Assembly: GCA_044867445.1 (NCBI GenBank) | Contig: JBIOUY010000300.1 | Location: 5,435-69,434 of the forward strand | DNA length: 64,000 nt | DNA from: Gemmatimonadales bacterium | GTDB taxonomy: Bacteria > Gemmatimonadota > Gemmatimonadetes > Gemmatimonadales > GWC2-71-9 | Direction: 5' to 3' | Program-made: the position numbers and the translations under genes | The notes under the pieces: model-generated | Databases searched by the model: none | What the model saw: only the letters and a program-made list of their open reading frames with translations | What the model was told of the DNA's origin: nothing | In this document: in pieces, positions 34,251 through 43,074 of the stretch | How positions within the stretch are numbered: position 1 is the stretch's first letter | Layout: each line of letters opens with the position of its first letter

Positions 34251-35364
34251 CCGAGGCGACGAGGGCGTCCAGGCGGAGCCACCCCTCCGGCGTCAGCACC
34301 AGCCGGTCACAGGTGGCTCTAGCCCAGCCTGCGGCGATCCAGCTTTCCCGGGTCGCTGGCGAGACCATGGTGGCGGCAACTCCGTCTCCAGTCCGAAGCC
34401 CGAGATACAGCTCTTCCAACCCCACCTGCTCCGGCTTGAGCCGCTCACGACCCGCAACCGGACTCACCCCTTCGCGTACGGCCCGCTCGTAGCCGGTCCA
34501 CTCCCTCAGATTCCACTGTCGTTCGTTGCCGAATCCGCTGTGAGCGGAGGGTCCCAGGCCAATATACGGGGCACGCTGCCAGTAGGCGCTGTTATGGCGG
34601 GCCCGATGTCCCTCCCGTGCCGCATTGGACACCTCGTAATGCTCGAACCCCACATCGGTGAGCCTGGCGTGGGCGGCGAGGAACTCCCGAGCGTATCGCT
34701 CTTCGTCGACGGGCGTCAGCTCACCTCGCTTGGCCCAGCGCTCCAGGACTGTATGCGGCTCGATGGTGAGCCCATAGAGCGAGAGATGCTCCGGCTCAAG
34801 CGCGAGCGCCTGCTCGATGTCGGCGTCCCAGGCCCGGTCCAGCGCGGCCGGAAGTCCGAAGATGAGATCCAGCGAAAGTTCTGGGATTCCTGCCGAGCGG
34901 ACCGCCTCCACCGCGAGGGGGATCTGCTCCGCAGAATGAGTCCGGTGCATCCAGCGCAAGACGCCGGGATCGAAGGACTGCGCTCCCAACGATACCCGTG
35001 TCACACCGGCGGCCCGCCACCCCGCCGCGCGCTCGACCGTCACGTCCTCTGGATTTGCCTCGAGGGTGATTTCTGCGCCAGCCTCGAGGGGGTGTTCGGA
35101 AGTGACCTGGCTCACCAGCCGATCGATGGCACCAGGGTCGAGCCGGGATGGCGTTCCTCCGCCGAAGTAGATCGTCTCCAAAAGGGGAGAGCTGGCCCAC
35201 GCCGGGTGCTCCTGCCACCGACCCCATTCCTTGAGGATGGCATTCACATAGGCCTCGGTGGGAGTATCGCGACGCACGGCAATGGCGAAGTCGCAGTAGC
35301 TGCAGCGTCGGGCACAGAAGGGGACGTGGAGATAGAGGTGCATGGAGGAAATATGGCGGGTCAT
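34240..35364 (-). CDS. hemW: radical SAM heme chaperone HemW / oxygen-independent coproporphyrinogen-III oxidase-like
   Basis: LYLHVPFCARRCSYCDF is the CxxxCxxC radical SAM motif, with a HemN_C-like tail. The start is ambiguous (ATG 35364 or 35343). Confidence 0.88.
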   Translation of the reverse strand: MTRHISSMHLYLHVPFCARRCSYCDFAIAVRRDTPTEAYVNAILKEWGRWQEHPAWASSPLLETIYFGGGTPSRLDPGAIDRLVSQVTSEHPLEAGAEITLEANPEDVTVERAAGWRAAGVTRVSLGAQSFDPGVLRWMHRTHSAEQIPLAVEAVRSAGIPELSLDLIFGLPAALDRAWDADIEQALALEPEHLSLYGLTIEPHTVLERWAKRGELTPVDEERYAREFLAAHARLTDVGFEHYEVSNAAREGHRARHNSAYWQRAPYIGLGPSAHSGFGNERQWNLREWTGYERAVREGVSPVAGRERLKPEQVGLEELYLGLRTGDGVAATMVSPATRESWIAAGWARATCDRLVLTPEGWLRLDALVASASG

Positions 35365-35458
35365 CCGGCGGGAGTGCTGCGCACGGCGGGAACGGCGCAA
35401 GCAGACTCGTCGGTTCACACAGGCTCGCGGTGCGAATGACGCTACTGCAGCGGGAGAC

Positions 35459-35545
35459 GTCCCTCCGGGCGCTGCAGTCCTCGCTGCTTTCGCTTGGCAG
35501 GCATCGGCGTGCTAGAGCGCGCACTGAATGCGCCTCTTGCGCGGG
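35459..35545. repeat. dispersed structured repeat, type 1 copy C (reverse orientation)
   Basis: gtccctccgggcgctgcagtcc...gcgcactgaatgcgcc is the reverse complement of the 13376 and 15443 copies. Confidence 0.85.
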
Positions 35546-35567
35546 CTCGCGCTTCGGCCGCGGAAAA

Positions 35568-35656
35568 GGTCCCTCCGGGCGCTGCAGTCCACGTCCAATA
35601 GGCTACCTTGCTACTACACCTTAAGCCGGTTGGCGAGCACTGAATGCGACCGGAGC
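35568..35656. repeat. dispersed structured repeat, type 2 copy
   Basis: ggtccctccgggcgctgcagtccacg...cttgctactacaccttaagccggttggcgagcactgaatgcgac. Confidence 0.85.
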
Positions 35657-35763
35657 GGGTACCCGCCGCAGGCGGGTGCATCCCCCGCTGCCTCGCGCCA
35701 CGACTGTCCGGGAGGGAGCACCCCCTGCATCATAGCTGGCTGCGGGCGAGCGCTGAGGGCGAT

Positions 35764-35854
35764 GCTCCTGAAACGCACATTCAGTGCACGCCATCCGGCC
35801 CGAGGCGTAGTAGCAGGGCGGCCTGGATGGCGTGGAGTGCAGTGCGCGGAGGGA
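35764..35854. repeat. dispersed structured repeat, type 2 copy (reverse orientation)
   Basis: Reverse complement of 15281-15371 with few mismatches. With 35568-35656 it forms an inverted repeat spanning about 290 bp. Confidence 0.85.
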
Positions 35855-35921
35855 GCATTGTCCGCAGCGCTCGCCCGCGACAACGGAACCGATACCGCAG
35901 CGCCGCTCCCGCGCTCCCAGC

Positions 35922-37028
35922 CTACACCCGCCGGAAGCAACGCCCGGGACCCTGCTCCACCACCCCGGCGATCTCGAGACCGGAGAGCAACGCGAGCACC
36001 TCGTTGACCTGACGCCCGGACCGGATGGCCACGTCGTCGAGAGGCAGCGGCTCCGGCCCGATGAGGAGCGCCAACTCACGCTCAGGCGCCGTCAAGAAGG
36101 CCGGCAGGGGTCCTGGCCCGTCTAGCGCGACGTCCGAAACGCTCTGAGTCTTGGGCCGGATCTCGGGAAAGTAGTGCAGCAAGTCGGCCGGCTCGAGCAA
36201 CGGCATGGCGCCGTCCCGGATGAGCCGATTGGTGCCGACCGAGACCGCGCTGGTGATCGGCCCAGGCACGGCCATGACGTCTTTGCCCTGCTCCAGGGCT
36301 TTCTCCACGGTAATCAGCGCGCCCGAACCGCCGGCCGCTTCAACGACTATGGTGACCCGCGCCAAGGCGCTGATTAACCGATTACGGCGGGGAAAGCTTC
36401 CGGCAGTGGGCTTCTCGCCCGGGGGGAACTCGGTGAGCAGGAGCCCGCCGGAGCTCATCCGTTGGTACAAGGTTCGATTGGCTGCTGGATAGATGACGCC
36501 GAGCCCATTCCCGAGAACCCCGATGGACTTCCCACCGGCATCCAGGGCGGCGCCATGTGCGAGCGCGTCGAGCCCTCGTGCCATTCCGCTCACGACGACC
36601 ACGCCGGCGGCCGCGGCGACCTCGGCGACTGCGCGACAGACCCGAGCACCGTACGCCGAGTGATCCCGGCTCCCCACGATCGCGCAGGCCGGAAGATTGA
36701 GCAGCGTGAGATCGCCCTTTGCGAAGAGAAAAGGCGGAGGTTCGTACACCTCGACGAAGCTTGCCGGGTACTCCGGATCCTCGGGCAACAGCAAGCGGCC
36801 ACCCATCTCTTCGGCGGACTTGATGGTCTGCCGTCCCACTTCCATGGACGTGGACTGGATCGCGGTGGCGCAAGCATGGGATATCTCCGGCACGGTGCAC
36901 AAAAACTCGAACGGCGCCGAGATGGCGCCGATCGGAGAGTGACAGGCCGCGAGAAGATTCCTGAGTCGTATGGCGCCGATTCCGGGTACCATCGCCAAGG
37001 CGATGTAGGCCGCGCGGTGATCGCTCAC
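35922..37028 (-). CDS. dprA: DNA-processing protein DprA (Smf)
   Basis: 368 aa, Rossmann-like core IVGSRDHSAYG...VVSGMARGLDALAHGAAL...PRRNRLISAL. Confidence 0.92.
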   Translation of the reverse strand: MSDHRAAYIALAMVPGIGAIRLRNLLAACHSPIGAISAPFEFLCTVPEISHACATAIQSTSMEVGRQTIKSAEEMGGRLLLPEDPEYPASFVEVYEPPPFLFAKGDLTLLNLPACAIVGSRDHSAYGARVCRAVAEVAAAAGVVVVSGMARGLDALAHGAALDAGGKSIGVLGNGLGVIYPAANRTLYQRMSSGGLLLTEFPPGEKPTAGSFPRRNRLISALARVTIVVEAAGGSGALITVEKALEQGKDVMAVPGPITSAVSVGTNRLIRDGAMPLLEPADLLHYFPEIRPKTQSVSDVALDGPGPLPAFLTAPERELALLIGPEPLPLDDVAIRSGRQVNEVLALLSGLEIAGVVEQGPGRCFRRV

Positions 37029-38078
37029 CTAGACCTCTTGGTCCGGATGCCAATCGCCAGAGACTCGGGACAGGTCATGGTCCACAGGCTCGGCGGCTTT
37101 GGCCAGCTCCACGAACTTCCAGAGATGCTCTTTCAACTCGTCCAGCCCACTGCCGGCTACGCTGGAAACCGCCAGCTGGCCGCTGGCCTCTGGGGCTCGG
37201 ATAACGGGTAGCGAGGCGGCAGGCGGAAGCAGATCGCGCTTGGTGAGCAGAACCACGTGCTCCTTGGCGGCGAGGGTTTGGCTGTACTGCTGGACCTCGT
37301 GGCGCAACCGTTGATAGGTGGCCTGTGGATCCGTCGCATCGAGGGGAATCAGGAAGACCAAGACCCGGGTCCGCTCGACGTGCTGCAGGAACCGAAGACC
37401 CAGACCCTTGCCCTGATGCGCGCCCTCGATGATCCCGGGAATGTCTGCGACCACAAAGCTGCGGTGGCCGGAGAGCGCAACTACACCGAGGTTGGGTTCG
37501 AGCGTGGTGAAGGGATAATCCGCGATTTTGGGGCGGGCGGCGGAAATGACCGAGAGGAGAGTGCTCTTGCCGGCGTTGGGCTCGCCTACCAGCCCCACAT
37601 CGGCGATGAGCTTAAGGATCAGCTCGATCTGGCGGTCTTCGCCTTCCTCGCCCGGCTCCCATTCCCGAGGCGCCTGGTGGGTTGCCGTGGCAAAGCGCGC
37701 GTTGCCCCGCCCACCGCGACCACCGCGGGCTACGAGCAGCGTATCGCCCGGACGAAGAATCTCGCCGATCAGCTCGCCGCTGTTTGCCTCACGGACCAGA
37801 GTGCCGGGTGGCACGGGCAGGTAAATGTCTGGTGCCGACCCGCCGGTCTGGGTCTTGCCCTTCCCGTGTTCTCCTCGCTCCGCCTTCCATACGTTCCGGT
37901 AGCGATAGTCGAGCAGGGTCGCCAGATTGGCGTCGCCTCGGACCAGCACATTCCCACCGTGGCCGCCGTCGCCACCGTCGGGCCCGCCCTTGGGCTTGAA
38001 CTTGAACCGGGCGAACGAGCTGGCCCCGGAGCCGCCGGTACCAGCCACCACCCGCACTACCGCGCGATCGATAAACAT
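37029..38078 (-). CDS. obg: GTPase Obg/CgtA
   Basis: MFIDRAVVRVVAGTGGSGASSF...GGPDGGDGGHGG (Obg fold) and G domain GEPNAGKST. Start ATG 38078 forms an ATGA overlap with the upstream gene. The ORF-track extension to 38447 is spurious. Confidence 0.95.
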   Translation of the reverse strand: MFIDRAVVRVVAGTGGSGASSFARFKFKPKGGPDGGDGGHGGNVLVRGDANLATLLDYRYRNVWKAERGEHGKGKTQTGGSAPDIYLPVPPGTLVREANSGELIGEILRPGDTLLVARGGRGGRGNARFATATHQAPREWEPGEEGEDRQIELILKLIADVGLVGEPNAGKSTLLSVISAARPKIADYPFTTLEPNLGVVALSGHRSFVVADIPGIIEGAHQGKGLGLRFLQHVERTRVLVFLIPLDATDPQATYQRLRHEVQQYSQTLAAKEHVVLLTKRDLLPPAASLPVIRAPEASGQLAVSSVAGSGLDELKEHLWKFVELAKAAEPVDHDLSRVSGDWHPDQEV

Positions 38079-38719
38079 CAGTTCCCCGGCGACCAGCCCT
38101 CGCGGACGGTGCGCCAGAGCTCCTTGACCTTTTTCCATTGGTCGAAGGAGAGCAGCGGATTGACGATGGAGAGGGTCCCTTCGATCTGACCGAAGGTTGC
38201 GCCCGCATTGAGCGCGCCGCGCAGGTGCGAGTGCAACTGTCGCGGTGCCTCCAACACCGCGGTTTGCACCACCGTACAAAGCTCGCGCCGCATGAGATCG
38301 AGCGCCGGGCGGCCGAGGGTGCGGCCATATCCCTCGGTGATCATCCAGGAATCGATGACCGGGTGGAGCGCCCGGACGCTGTCGCGGAGCTTGCGGTAGT
38401 TCTCCCCATAGATCTTGGCGCAGACCTCTTCTCCTCGTCGGGTCCATTCCGGCGCCTCACCATAATCCATGCCCTCGCCGCCCTCCGGTGTGGGGAGGCC
38501 ACTGAACTTGCGCCACACGCCAAAGGCGATCAGCGCGCGTGGGTACCCGACCATGAGCACGGACTGCAGCAGCAGCTCCTCGACCCAGGCCGGCGGGACT
38601 TGAGATGCGCGGAGTGGTCCCACGCGCTCGCGCAACTCGGGTTCGTATCCCTGCGCAATCGCCGCGGCGAAGCGGGCCAAGTCGCGGGTTTGCGGGTCGA
38701 GGTTGTCTTGTTTCGCCAT
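38078..38719 (-). CDS. carboxymuconolactone decarboxylase (AhpD-like) family protein, tentative
   Basis: 213 aa, all-helical, two CMD-like halves. The family call rests on general resemblance only. Confidence 0.55.
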   Translation of the reverse strand: MAKQDNLDPQTRDLARFAAAIAQGYEPELRERVGPLRASQVPPAWVEELLLQSVLMVGYPRALIAFGVWRKFSGLPTPEGGEGMDYGEAPEWTRRGEEVCAKIYGENYRKLRDSVRALHPVIDSWMITEGYGRTLGRPALDLMRRELCTVVQTAVLEAPRQLHSHLRGALNAGATFGQIEGTLSIVNPLLSFDQWKKVKELWRTVREGWSPGN

Positions 38720-38832
38720 CCCATCATACCCCGGTTGAAGGGAGGTCAGGGATCATTCTCCTGCAATGAGGGTTGAGAAAACCGCAACGGAAGATAGCGG
38801 ACTGCTCCCTGCTCACTGTAGTTTTCGCGGCG

Positions 38833-40356
38833 ATGTCCCCGTCAACCTCACTGACGTTTCGCACGCTGGTGCTGGCAGGCGGGCTGGTAGCCGCTCCGCT
38901 GGCAGCGCAGGGCTCCCCCTACATTCCGCTGGACGATCCTCGCCTTCCCCTGCTCGAGCATCTCATCAGTCGGGGTGATGTCGAGGACCCCTCTCCCATG
39001 GTCCGGCCGTTCCGACGGACCGACGCGGCGCGAGTGCTCGCCGCCGCCGACACTGTATCAGGGACCGCGACCGGGAACCTGGTGCACACGCTTCGCCTCG
39101 AGTTTGAGCCGCTGGGTGCCCCCAACAGCTGGGAGCTGGAGGGACGGGCCGGCGGTCAGGGATACACCCACGCGCGACGCGACCTGCTCCACCCGGCGGG
39201 CACCGGACGGGTGCGGCCGTTCGCCGAGGTGAGGGGCCAGGCACTCATCGGGCGCATTGCCCTGGTCACCCGCCCGGTCGGCGAGCCCCGGTTGATCGAT
39301 GATCCTGATTGGCCGGGTCGTCACGCCGTCGACTTCGTGGGTCGCATGGCCGAGGCGTATATCAGCGCCCAGTTTGGCTGGGGAACGCTGTTCTATGGCC
39401 AGATGGATCGCAACTGGGGGCCGGTCGGTCTTCCCGGTATCGGGTTCAGCGACTACGCCTATGGGAGGGACGGCACTGCGATCGACATCGGCACCCGCGA
39501 TCTCCGGCTCTATGCCTTTGCCGGCGGGTTGAAGGACGAAAGCGATGATTCCGGGCAGGTGATTCATCGCTACTTCTTCGCTCACCGGCTGGGCGCTAGA
39601 CTTTCCGATCGGCTCCGCCTGGCGATCTGGGAAACGACGGTTCTCGCGGGACCCGATCGCAATTTCGATGGTCGGTTCCGAAACCCAGTGAGCCTGCTAC
39701 TCCTGGCCAATCAATACGGCCAGGGAGATGAAGGCGCCAACGTGCTTGTCGGCTTGGACGCTCACTGGCGGGCCTTTCGACGCGCTACCTTCCAGCTCCA
39801 ACTCGGCCTCGACGATATTCAATACCAAAATCGCAGCGGGCCCACTCGCTATCCCGATCGATGGGCACTCACGCTGGCGGGGTTCGGACCGTTGGGAAAC
39901 GACCTCGCCTGGCGGGCGCTGTACACGCGGGCAACCAGCCTAGCCTTTCGAACGCTGGATCCATTCGAGAACCTCACCGACTTCGGGGTCGGCCTGGGTC
40001 GCAATTTCGCGGATATGGACCAGCTGACGGTGAGCGTCTCGTTCCCGCTGGTCCGACACTGGTTGGTGAGTCCCGATCTGACCCTGCTGCGTCAGGGTGA
40101 GGGCCAGATCAACGACCCCTTTCCGGCGACGCCGGAAGAGGCCGGGCAGATTCCCCAGATCTTCATCGGCGTGGTCGAGCGAACCTATCGGGCCGGGCTC
40201 GCAATCCGCGGGCGTCAGGGCCCGCTCGATCTCGAGGCGGATGCGGGACTGCACCATATCGTGAACTGGCAACACCAGGAGGGGCGTACGGTCGACCGGT
40301 TCGAGGGAAGGCTGCAGGCCACTCTAGGCCTGAGTGGGCGAGGAGTGCTGCGATGA
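38833..40356 (+). CDS. secreted outer-membrane protein, capsule-assembly Wzi-like (tentative)
   Basis: Signal peptide MSPSTSLTFRTLVLAGGLVAAPLAAQG from ATG 38833. The N-terminal IPLDDPRLPLLEHL helix motif and a beta-rich, aromatic-terminated body resemble the Wzi family. Confidence 0.45.
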   Translation: MSPSTSLTFRTLVLAGGLVAAPLAAQGSPYIPLDDPRLPLLEHLISRGDVEDPSPMVRPFRRTDAARVLAAADTVSGTATGNLVHTLRLEFEPLGAPNSWELEGRAGGQGYTHARRDLLHPAGTGRVRPFAEVRGQALIGRIALVTRPVGEPRLIDDPDWPGRHAVDFVGRMAEAYISAQFGWGTLFYGQMDRNWGPVGLPGIGFSDYAYGRDGTAIDIGTRDLRLYAFAGGLKDESDDSGQVIHRYFFAHRLGARLSDRLRLAIWETTVLAGPDRNFDGRFRNPVSLLLLANQYGQGDEGANVLVGLDAHWRAFRRATFQLQLGLDDIQYQNRSGPTRYPDRWALTLAGFGPLGNDLAWRALYTRATSLAFRTLDPFENLTDFGVGLGRNFADMDQLTVSVSFPLVRHWLVSPDLTLLRQGEGQINDPFPATPEEAGQIPQIFIGVVERTYRAGLAIRGRQGPLDLEADAGLHHIVNWQHQEGRTVDRFEGRLQATLGLSGRGVLR

Positions 40357-41387
40357 GATCGTCCTCGGCGCCGCTCACCCGCGATCGGCTGCTCCAGCTC
40401 ATTCGAAAGATGAAGAGCAGCCGCGTGGTGGTGGTGGGCGACATCATGCTGGATCGATATCTCGTCGGAGAGACCGAGCGACTCTCGCCCGAAGCGCCGG
40501 TGCCGGTGGTCGCGGTACGCGAGCGGCACGCTGCCCTGGGGGGCGCCGCCAACGTCGCGGCCAACGTCGCCGCGCTGGGCGCGACCTGTTTTCTGGTGGG
40601 CACGGTCGGGGACGATGGCGATGGCTCTGCCATCCGCCAGGAGCTCGCCGTGGCGCGGCTGGATGATCGCTACGTGCTCACCGTGGCCGGGCGGCCGACC
40701 ACGTCGAAGACCCGCATCATTGCCCGGACCCAGCAGATCGTGCGAATCGATGACGAGGTGGACACGCTGTTGGATGGTCCGGAACTGGCCCGCATCACGC
40801 GCGTGGCTCGGGACGCGCTGGCCGACGCCGATGCCTTGCTGTTGGAGGACTACAATAAGGGTGCACTAGCGCCGAGCCTGATCACGTCGGTGATCGACGT
40901 CGCCAAGCGCCGCGGCATCCCCATCGTGGTGGATCCTAAGTACCGCCAATTCTTCGAGTATGCTGGCGCCACCGTGTTCAAGCCGAACCGGCGGGAGCTC
41001 GAGTCCGCACTCGGGGCGGCCGTGGATCTCCAGGACCGCAAGGCGCTACCCCAGGTCCTGGCCCGGCTCCGTGCGGACAATCTGTTGGTGACCCTCGGCG
41101 CGGAAGGAATGGTGCTGGTCATGAAGGACGGAAGCTCGACCCAGATCCCGAGTATTGCGAGGAAGATCTATGATGTCTCCGGCGCGGGCGACACCGTGAC
41201 GGCGTGGATGGGGACCGCGCTGGCGGCCGGGGCCTCAGTCTACGAGGCGGCACTGCTGGCCAACTATGCGGCCGGCGTAGAGGTGGGAAAGCCCGGTGTC
41301 TCTACCGTCTCGCCCGACGAGGTGCTGGCGGTGCACGAGGAGCGGTTCGATCAGATCGGAAGGCTGAGGCGAGGGGGGCTGATTTAG
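40353..41387 (+). CDS. D-glycero-beta-D-manno-heptose-7-phosphate kinase (RfaE/HldE domain I, PfkB family)
   Basis: 344 aa, VVVVGDIMLDRY..G...RLSPEAPVPV and DVSGAGDTV. There is no adenylyltransferase domain II. ATGA overlap with the upstream gene. Confidence 0.85.
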   Translation: MRSSSAPLTRDRLLQLIRKMKSSRVVVVGDIMLDRYLVGETERLSPEAPVPVVAVRERHAALGGAANVAANVAALGATCFLVGTVGDDGDGSAIRQELAVARLDDRYVLTVAGRPTTSKTRIIARTQQIVRIDDEVDTLLDGPELARITRVARDALADADALLLEDYNKGALAPSLITSVIDVAKRRGIPIVVDPKYRQFFEYAGATVFKPNRRELESALGAAVDLQDRKALPQVLARLRADNLLVTLGAEGMVLVMKDGSSTQIPSIARKIYDVSGAGDTVTAWMGTALAAGASVYEAALLANYAAGVEVGKPGVSTVSPDEVLAVHEERFDQIGRLRRGGLI

Positions 41388-41393
41388 AAAAGC

Positions 41394-41517
41394 GTGAAAG
41401 GTGACAGGTGAAAAGTGAAAGGGGATGAGCCATCGGGATGGTCGGCTTGTCCCCTTTCACCTGTTACCTGTCACTTTTCACCTGTCACTTTTCACCTGTC
41501 ACCTTTCACACTTCACC
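41394..41517. repeat. mirror tandem-repeat hairpin (GTGAAAGGTGACAG-like) between convergent genes
   Basis: Left arm 41394-41425, loop 41426-41449, right arm 41450-41517 with extra CACCTGTCACTTTT units. The arms touch both stop codons, so it may act as a bidirectional terminator. Confidence 0.8.
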
Positions 41518-42603
41518 TCACTGCAGCCCAGTCCCAAACCCCAGCCACACCCGCCAGGTCTCCCGAGCCCGATCGACATACGCCCGCAGCCGGCGGGCCG
41601 CTTCGACATGCATAGGCGCCAGCTCGACGGCGCCGGAGGCCGCCATCCCCTCTCGGAGCAGATCGGTGCACTCGGCCTTCGCGACTTCCGCCAGCCGTTC
41701 CTTGCTCCACGAGTTCCGGGCGCTCACTCTGGACTGTGCCAGAAATCCGAGGAGATCCCGACGGGTCCACCCCGACAGCCAGGCCGCCAGATCGCTCGCC
41801 GGGACGACCAGCCCGCTATCCACGATCCGGCGTGACGAGTCGGTGACGTCGAGGCCGCGCTTGCGGGTCTCATAGCGGCTCAAGCTGGGCAGCGTGCGGG
41901 GAAGCTGAGGATCGGCACTCAGGTGTCGCAGCGCATCGACCGCATGCGCCCGAGTGCCCAGTGGAAGCTGCCGCAGCGCTTCCAGCAGCACCCGCAGTGA
42001 GCCATGCTCGGGCGGCGCCAGCCGTCTGAGTGCCGGTGAGAACGTGGGCCAGTTGGCCCAGTAGCTCATTTCCTGACCCATCTGCAGCACGAAGGCGTTG
42101 CGTCGCTCGATCAACTCTTCCGCCCCATGGATGCTGAGTGCATGGGGCGCCATCACGGCGGCCACAAAGTCCGGCGCTTCGCCGGTCATAACGAAGCCAG
42201 AGAAGCTCTCATGCACCGCCAGCAGCACCAGAGTGACCCGCAGGTCGAGGTAGGCTTCCTCACTGCCGCCTTCCAGGTAGCGGGTAAGCGGCGTGGCCAG
42301 CAGCGCGGCGGCCAGCTCCCGGAAGCGCTCCCGGAACTGTTCAGCCGATTCCCCCACGCCAGGATTCGGCTGACGCACCCGCCAGAGGTACTCGCCCACC
42401 GCGTTGACGTCACCCTCCTGAATCCGGTCTCGGAGCCACGGGGAGAAGTCCACACAGGGCACGCAGCTGGATGGAGCATGTGCCCGCGACAGACAGGGAA
42501 AGTCAGGATTCCCCTGACCGCCTGCGTACGTCACCGGGTCGGAGACACTCGGCTCTCTCAGCGTGAGCTCGATGGACGGCTGCGCCGGAGTCTGAGTCAC
42601 CAT
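41518..42603 (-). CDS. hypothetical protein, no recognisable domain
   Basis: 361-aa ORF with genome-typical codon bias and no motif I can name. Confidence 0.6.
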   Translation of the reverse strand: MVTQTPAQPSIELTLREPSVSDPVTYAGGQGNPDFPCLSRAHAPSSCVPCVDFSPWLRDRIQEGDVNAVGEYLWRVRQPNPGVGESAEQFRERFRELAAALLATPLTRYLEGGSEEAYLDLRVTLVLLAVHESFSGFVMTGEAPDFVAAVMAPHALSIHGAEELIERRNAFVLQMGQEMSYWANWPTFSPALRRLAPPEHGSLRVLLEALRQLPLGTRAHAVDALRHLSADPQLPRTLPSLSRYETRKRGLDVTDSSRRIVDSGLVVPASDLAAWLSGWTRRDLLGFLAQSRVSARNSWSKERLAEVAKAECTDLLREGMAASGAVELAPMHVEAARRLRAYVDRARETWRVWLGFGTGLQ

Positions 42604-42772
42604 GCGACCTTACCAAGGTGGTACGTGGTGAAGGTCCTCGGCCACTGGTGTGATTTCGCCCTCGACCGAGGTCTATGTTTGGACAGCTCAGAATGTTCTT
42701 CCGAAAGTCACGTAGAGCAAGCCCGCGGCGGCCGGACATTTTCGGGGGAGGCCTGCGACACGGACGGAAGCA

Positions 42773-42846
42773 TGGGCGATGAGGGACTTGAACCCCCGAC
42801 CTCGCGCATGTGAGGCGCGCGCTCTAACCAGCTGAGCTAATCGCCC
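42773..42846 (-). tRNA. tRNA-Val (anticodon CAC)
   Basis: Hand-folded 74 nt: GGGCGAT TA GCTC AGCTGGTTA GAGC G CGCGC CTCACAT GCGCG AGGTC GGGGG TTCAAGT CCCTC ATCGCCC A. All four stems pair, with one G-U. CCA is not encoded. Confidence 0.95.
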
Positions 42847-43074
42847 GGACTTCGGGAGCGGGAGTCTAAACGGCGTGCCGATCAGTGGCAAGGCTTTCCC
42901 CCGCTTCACTTTCGTCACACCCCCATGGGCAACGAGCAGGCTCATATAGCCGAGCGACTCGCTGTCCTGCTCGACCTCTCGGCAGTCCGAGCGGCGGCCG
43001 TGTGCTTGCGCCATGATCTGGGGTGCCGAATATTGGCGTTGCCTACATACTGACCTTCCGCCTCGCGGCTGCCT

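Noticed and set aside
38079-38447. N-terminal extensions offered by the ORF track. Affected genes: obg to 38447, recJ to 23468, comA to 51866, M28 peptidase from 43415, kynA from 45265, hsdR to 60578, hrcA to 33840, infC to 10189, pheS to 8791, D-aminoacylase to 15292, rpsU to 29175.
   Set aside because: Conserved family N-termini, signal peptides or ATGA coupling begin at internal start codons. The extensions are low-complexity, overlap neighbouring genes or translate repeat elements.
42604-43074. Search for an island boundary at tRNA-Val, meaning a direct repeat of its 3' end near 41390-41520 or 42850-43075.
   Set aside because: No copy of tgggcgatgagggacttgaacc or its complement was seen, and there is no integrase.
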